Both the position numbers and the translations under genes were made by a program. DNA of 64,000 bases from assembly GCA_973851085.1 (NCBI GenBank), contig OZ316775.1, positions 3,472,001 through 3,536,000 of the forward strand. The letters run 5' to 3'. Under the pieces are notes generated by a model. The model did no database searches. It was not told the DNA's origin and worked only from the letters and a program-made list of their open reading frames with translations. The stretch's first letter is position 1; each line of letters opens with the position of its first letter. This DNA comes from Ptychomitrium polyphyllum. Lineage: Eukaryota. Shown here piece by piece: positions 59,942 through 64,000 of the stretch.

Positions 59942-60592
59942 GGCAACAGTCAAACCATGGCCACACCAGCAGCAGCTCATCCAGAAACCTCAAAACCTCA
60001 CACCCGTCGCGGCATTGAAGGATTGCCCTCCTCAGCTAGCAATCCATGCATCGACGAAACAACAACAGATTCTAAAACATAGAGTTTTAGAGAGAACTTC
60101 TGCGGAGCTGCTCTGCTACAAGCAAAGAGATGATGATAAGATGATGGTACTGTACAGGTTGTGAGCCTCAGCTGGCTGCACATGACCAACTGCTGGGAAC
60201 AAGGATTTGGAAAGGAAAACCGAAGACAAAGAGATGATTGAATGAGTGTCTGTAGTAGATTTCAGGGAACAGGATTGAATGGCGTTTGCAGCTGCAGCTG
60301 CATTGCACTGCGATGATGATGATGGTTGTGCGCCGGTGCTCGTGGAAGTGAATGTGGACCTCACTCCGTACCCGGCAACCCCATCCCTTCATATTCATGA
60401 TCATGTTCATGTTCGTTATTGCTCTCAAATCATCCCAAATGATGATCCTGTCCAAATGCTTCATCTTGTAGTCGTCCATTCCCTTTTCACTTTCCGTCCG
60501 ACGTGGCGAAAGCTCCGCTGACATGGCAATATGGCACCCGGGGGAACGTTGGGCTGGACGTCTGCCAGGTTCCAAATGTGCCCTGCCCGTTC

Positions 60593-60915
60593 GCCGGGGA
60601 TTTATTTCTTTTTCACAGGGTGCCCGTGGCCGGGGATTTATTTCTTTTTCACAGGGTGCCCGTGGCCGGGGATTTATTTCTTTTTCACAGGGTGCCCGTG
60701 GCCGGGGATTTATTTCTTTTTCACAGGGTGCCCGTGGCCGGGGATTTATTTCTTTTTCACAGGGTGCCCGTGGCCGGGGATTTATTTCTTTTTCACAGGG
60801 TGCCCGTGGCCGGGGATTTATTTCTTTTTCACAGGGTGCCCGTGGCCGGGGATTTATTTCTTTTTCACAGGGTGCCCGTGGCCGGGGATTTATTTCTTTT
60901 TCACAGGGTGCCCGT
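60593..60915. repeat. Perfect 36 bp minisatellite, 9 copies
   Basis: Unit gccggggatttatttctttttcacagggtgcccgtg. The array is 323 bp with no spacers, ~650 bp upstream of the MRL1 ATG. Confidence 0.97.
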
Positions 60916-63900
60916 TCTCTAACACACTCGGTGTTCCAAACCATGCGGTATGCCTCGACTCAGTAAACGGCTAGCTACACGCAAGCCCAATGAAATGACA
61001 AATTACCAACTGGAGTTCAAACTTTTAGGAAAAATAGTAGAAGTGAAAGTTTTTTTTCAAATTCTATTTGAAGTAAGACATTGGTAGAATGATTAATATG
61101 TATTGATGGACAACCAATTGCTTATGTCTAATAAATGGTTGTAACCAAAATCTTCAAAACTTCTTATATTTGATATCGAATAGTCAACTACAAATGGCAT
61201 CCAAGGCCCAGTTATACTTAGAGAATAACTGAAAGTAGGCCTAAATCCTCCTAAATGTTGATTAATAAGATTTCTTGATTCTTCCATATCCGGTCCAAAA
61301 GACTTGATATTATAGCCAAGCACAAACTTTCCATTATTTATGGTGTCACAAAAATGGAACTAAATCTTTTGGTCAATTAGTGAAATTGAGATGAGACTTT
61401 ATGTGGTTCAAATTCTCAAAATGTGCCAAATTGCACTAAGTTCACCTCACTTGTTGAATCAATTCCATCTCCACCATTTATTCAACCAATTGTCTTTCAA
61501 ATTAGCTAGCTTTAAAATCTAAATCAACCTTAACATAAACTGGACACTCTTATGAAGGCTTGTGGACTTTCAAAATTAAAACCATTACACTACTATAAAC
61601 TAGCTTTTATCAATACAAATTCCACCTATTAAATACTTACAATAATGGATTTGCAATTTTGGCATTGTATTACTAAGCAATATCCATCCACCAAATTTTC
61701 AAATAAAATATTCCAATTATAGTCTTGTTAGAATATAAAAGTACTCTTCAATTGGAGCTTATGTATGGTAATGCTTGTTTAGTCAATTTGATAATTTATT
61801 GAGGTTTTTTTTAGTTAATGGAAATTAAATAAAATTCTTAAAGCGGGGTGTCTCCAAAAAATTCTATATGAATATACAAATGTAAAATAAGAAAATAGGT
61901 AAGTTGGTATTTGTGAATTATTCCCATTTCATGTAAACTAAGGATGTCCATTTTAAGCACATTTTAAAATCTTATCTTTTACATCCATTTGTTATACATC
62001 AACTTTTCATACAACACTTTTTACAAGTGTCTCCTTCAAAAACTCAAGGTATTATCATATTATTGTGCAATTCTTGTATACCACAACTATTACTAACTAC
62101 ATATTCTTGATTTCTTCATTGTAAAATGATTTACACCTTTTTCCCTACAAATTTTGATTTTTATGGAGCTTGACTTTGAGCCTATCATAATAAAATAAAA
62201 TAAAAATGTGTAATTATCACATGTATTTAAAAAAAAATGGTCGTTTTTGAAAGAGTATAAATATTTTAAAAGAATCATCGGTGACGAGTGTTGAATTTTT
62301 TCAGAAGTTCTCTTTTTAATTTTAATTTTTTTTAAATATCCATTTTATCTTCATTCTCTTTTAAAATAATTCGTTTTATACGGGAATGGTAAAATTGAGG
62401 ATGGTATATAGTGTAAGGAAGACGAACAGGCTCCTCTAGGTTCTGATGATTCAGGGGTCACGTGTGATGGAACTTCAAGACATTCACAGTGCTAGAATAT
62501 ACTAGGATGTTCCAATTCTGTCTAACAATTACAATACAAGTTACCAGGTGCACTGCAGCAGAGAATATCAGGGAGCCTCTCTACTTCTTCCTAAACATAG
62601 GAGTTACATTTTACTGCTTCCCGAAATAATCCTTGCACATTTCAAACAACGAATTACTATAACTAGGAACTAGTATTTTATTCTTCGTGGACCAACATAC
62701 ATGAATGAACTATGAGTAACAGTAGTTGGAAATCATACTGACCGAGACAATCACCCAATGCAATTGCATCAACTTATAACACTACGATGGCTCTGCTCCA
62801 CAACAAAGATACTGTATGTAACAGTTCGGCGCTGTAAAACCGTGGTATATTGGTACCCTGATGAGATTTTTTGTTTAAAACAGGCAGCATGTTTATAGCA
62901 GATATTCAAGAACAATGGCATCCTCACTCGCATGGAGCTGACCTGTTGCAGCAAAGGCTCAAATTACCGTTGGATAGTGCATCACGCCAGCCAAACCCAG
63001 ACTGCTTTAAAATCTCATTGAGATTCACCATGTGTACACATTTTGGTCTTAGCTTGCTTGTAGATGGCAGGGATTGTAGGCGCCAAGTGGGAGGATGTCA
63101 CAGGGTACTGTGAAATGAGCGAGCACATCTGAGTCTGTAGATACAAGCAAGCAAGACCAGAGTGCCAAGTTTTGAGAAACAACAGGAGTTGAGGGGATAC
63201 TTGAGGTTTGCTTTTACAAATGTGGAAAGAGGTCGGAAGAATCCTTGCAAATAATATGGTCTATACTAGATTAAGCAGGCCCATTACTAACTTGACAAAT
63301 AAACACATGCTGTGAACAGGCTAGTAACACGAAACAACAATGAAAAGATCAATAACCAGAAAAGGTAAAATAGGGTATGAAATGGGTGAGAGAGTTGTTG
63401 TAATGGGTTTGGAATTAGGTGCAAATGAACTTGTCAAAGTGGTGGTAATGGAAAGAAAAGGTGAATTTTACATAAGGTTTTTGAAGAATTTCCATGTGAG
63501 GATCATGGTCTCACTCCATGATGGTATATGAATGGAATTTAAGTGATTTTGCATGCACAAAGTGGTAGTTATTAGTTGTTGTTTGGATGGTAAATGGACT
63601 AACATACTGATGTTCTCTGGTTTTTTTGCAAAAAACACCTTTTAAAATTTACAACTAATGAAATTTTAATTTTAAGATTATGATTCAATTTGCAATGACT
63701 TTTGAGTCCTAGCATTTGTTCACTAAGAATAAATTTTTAAAATAAACTATTCTCAAAATGTCACATTTCTTACAACAATAAATATAGGCATGCTTGTCTT
63801 ATTTTATTATTTATTGTACTAAACTTTTTTTTTCACAAGATATGTGCCAATTCAATATTCTTAAGAAATATAAAACTTCACCTTTTGCTAATAGGTTATT

Positions 63901-64000
63901 ATGAATTTTAAAAGTAATTTTACATTAAATGAAGTAAAAGATATATGTGGTTTAGCTACCTTGATTCCAAGCTAATTAATTGCCATTGCTAAAAGTTGTT

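Noticed and set aside
60593..60915. 36 bp repeat resembling a CRISPR array in unit length
   Set aside because: Units are contiguous with no spacers, there are no cas genes, and the context is eukaryotic.
60168..60974. ORFs of 139-258 aa across the minisatellite
   Set aside because: Explained by a stop-free unit whose length is divisible by 3; no other coding evidence.
62850..63260. Exon-like minus-strand segments with plausible splice sites
   Set aside because: The joined peptide is short and unrecognisable, with no start or upstream exons in the window.

Overview
Intron-rich, gene-dense plant nuclear DNA, most likely a moss or other bryophyte (inferred from gene content and intron style). 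Protein-coding genes in order: Lines-domain protein (+), pectin methylesterase (+), TauE/SafE-family transporter (-), EME1 (+), Mn-type cation diffusion facilitator/MTP (+), RlmD/TrmA-like RNA methyltransferase (-), alpha-tubulin (+), F-box protein (-), a second alpha-tubulin (-), and the PPR protein MRL1 (-). Two structures are missed by the ORF track. (1) A minus-strand polycistronic snoRNA cluster at ~28.1-29.6 kb holds a clear U14, two more C/D guides with recognisable 25S targets, an orphan C/D candidate and several H/ACA-like candidates, one of them unusually long (~265 nt). (2) A 13.6 kb palindrome has apparently identical 3602 bp arms, each carrying an extremely GC-rich alpha-tubulin gene; its 6.4 kb spacer contains a convergent F-box gene/pseudogene pair and a decayed LRR fragment. 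Also present: an inverted pseudo-exon of the methyltransferase near EME1, a 125 bp foldback, and a perfect 9 x 36 bp minisatellite upstream of MRL1. Exon boundaries were read by eye, family names are from recall, and no database search was run.
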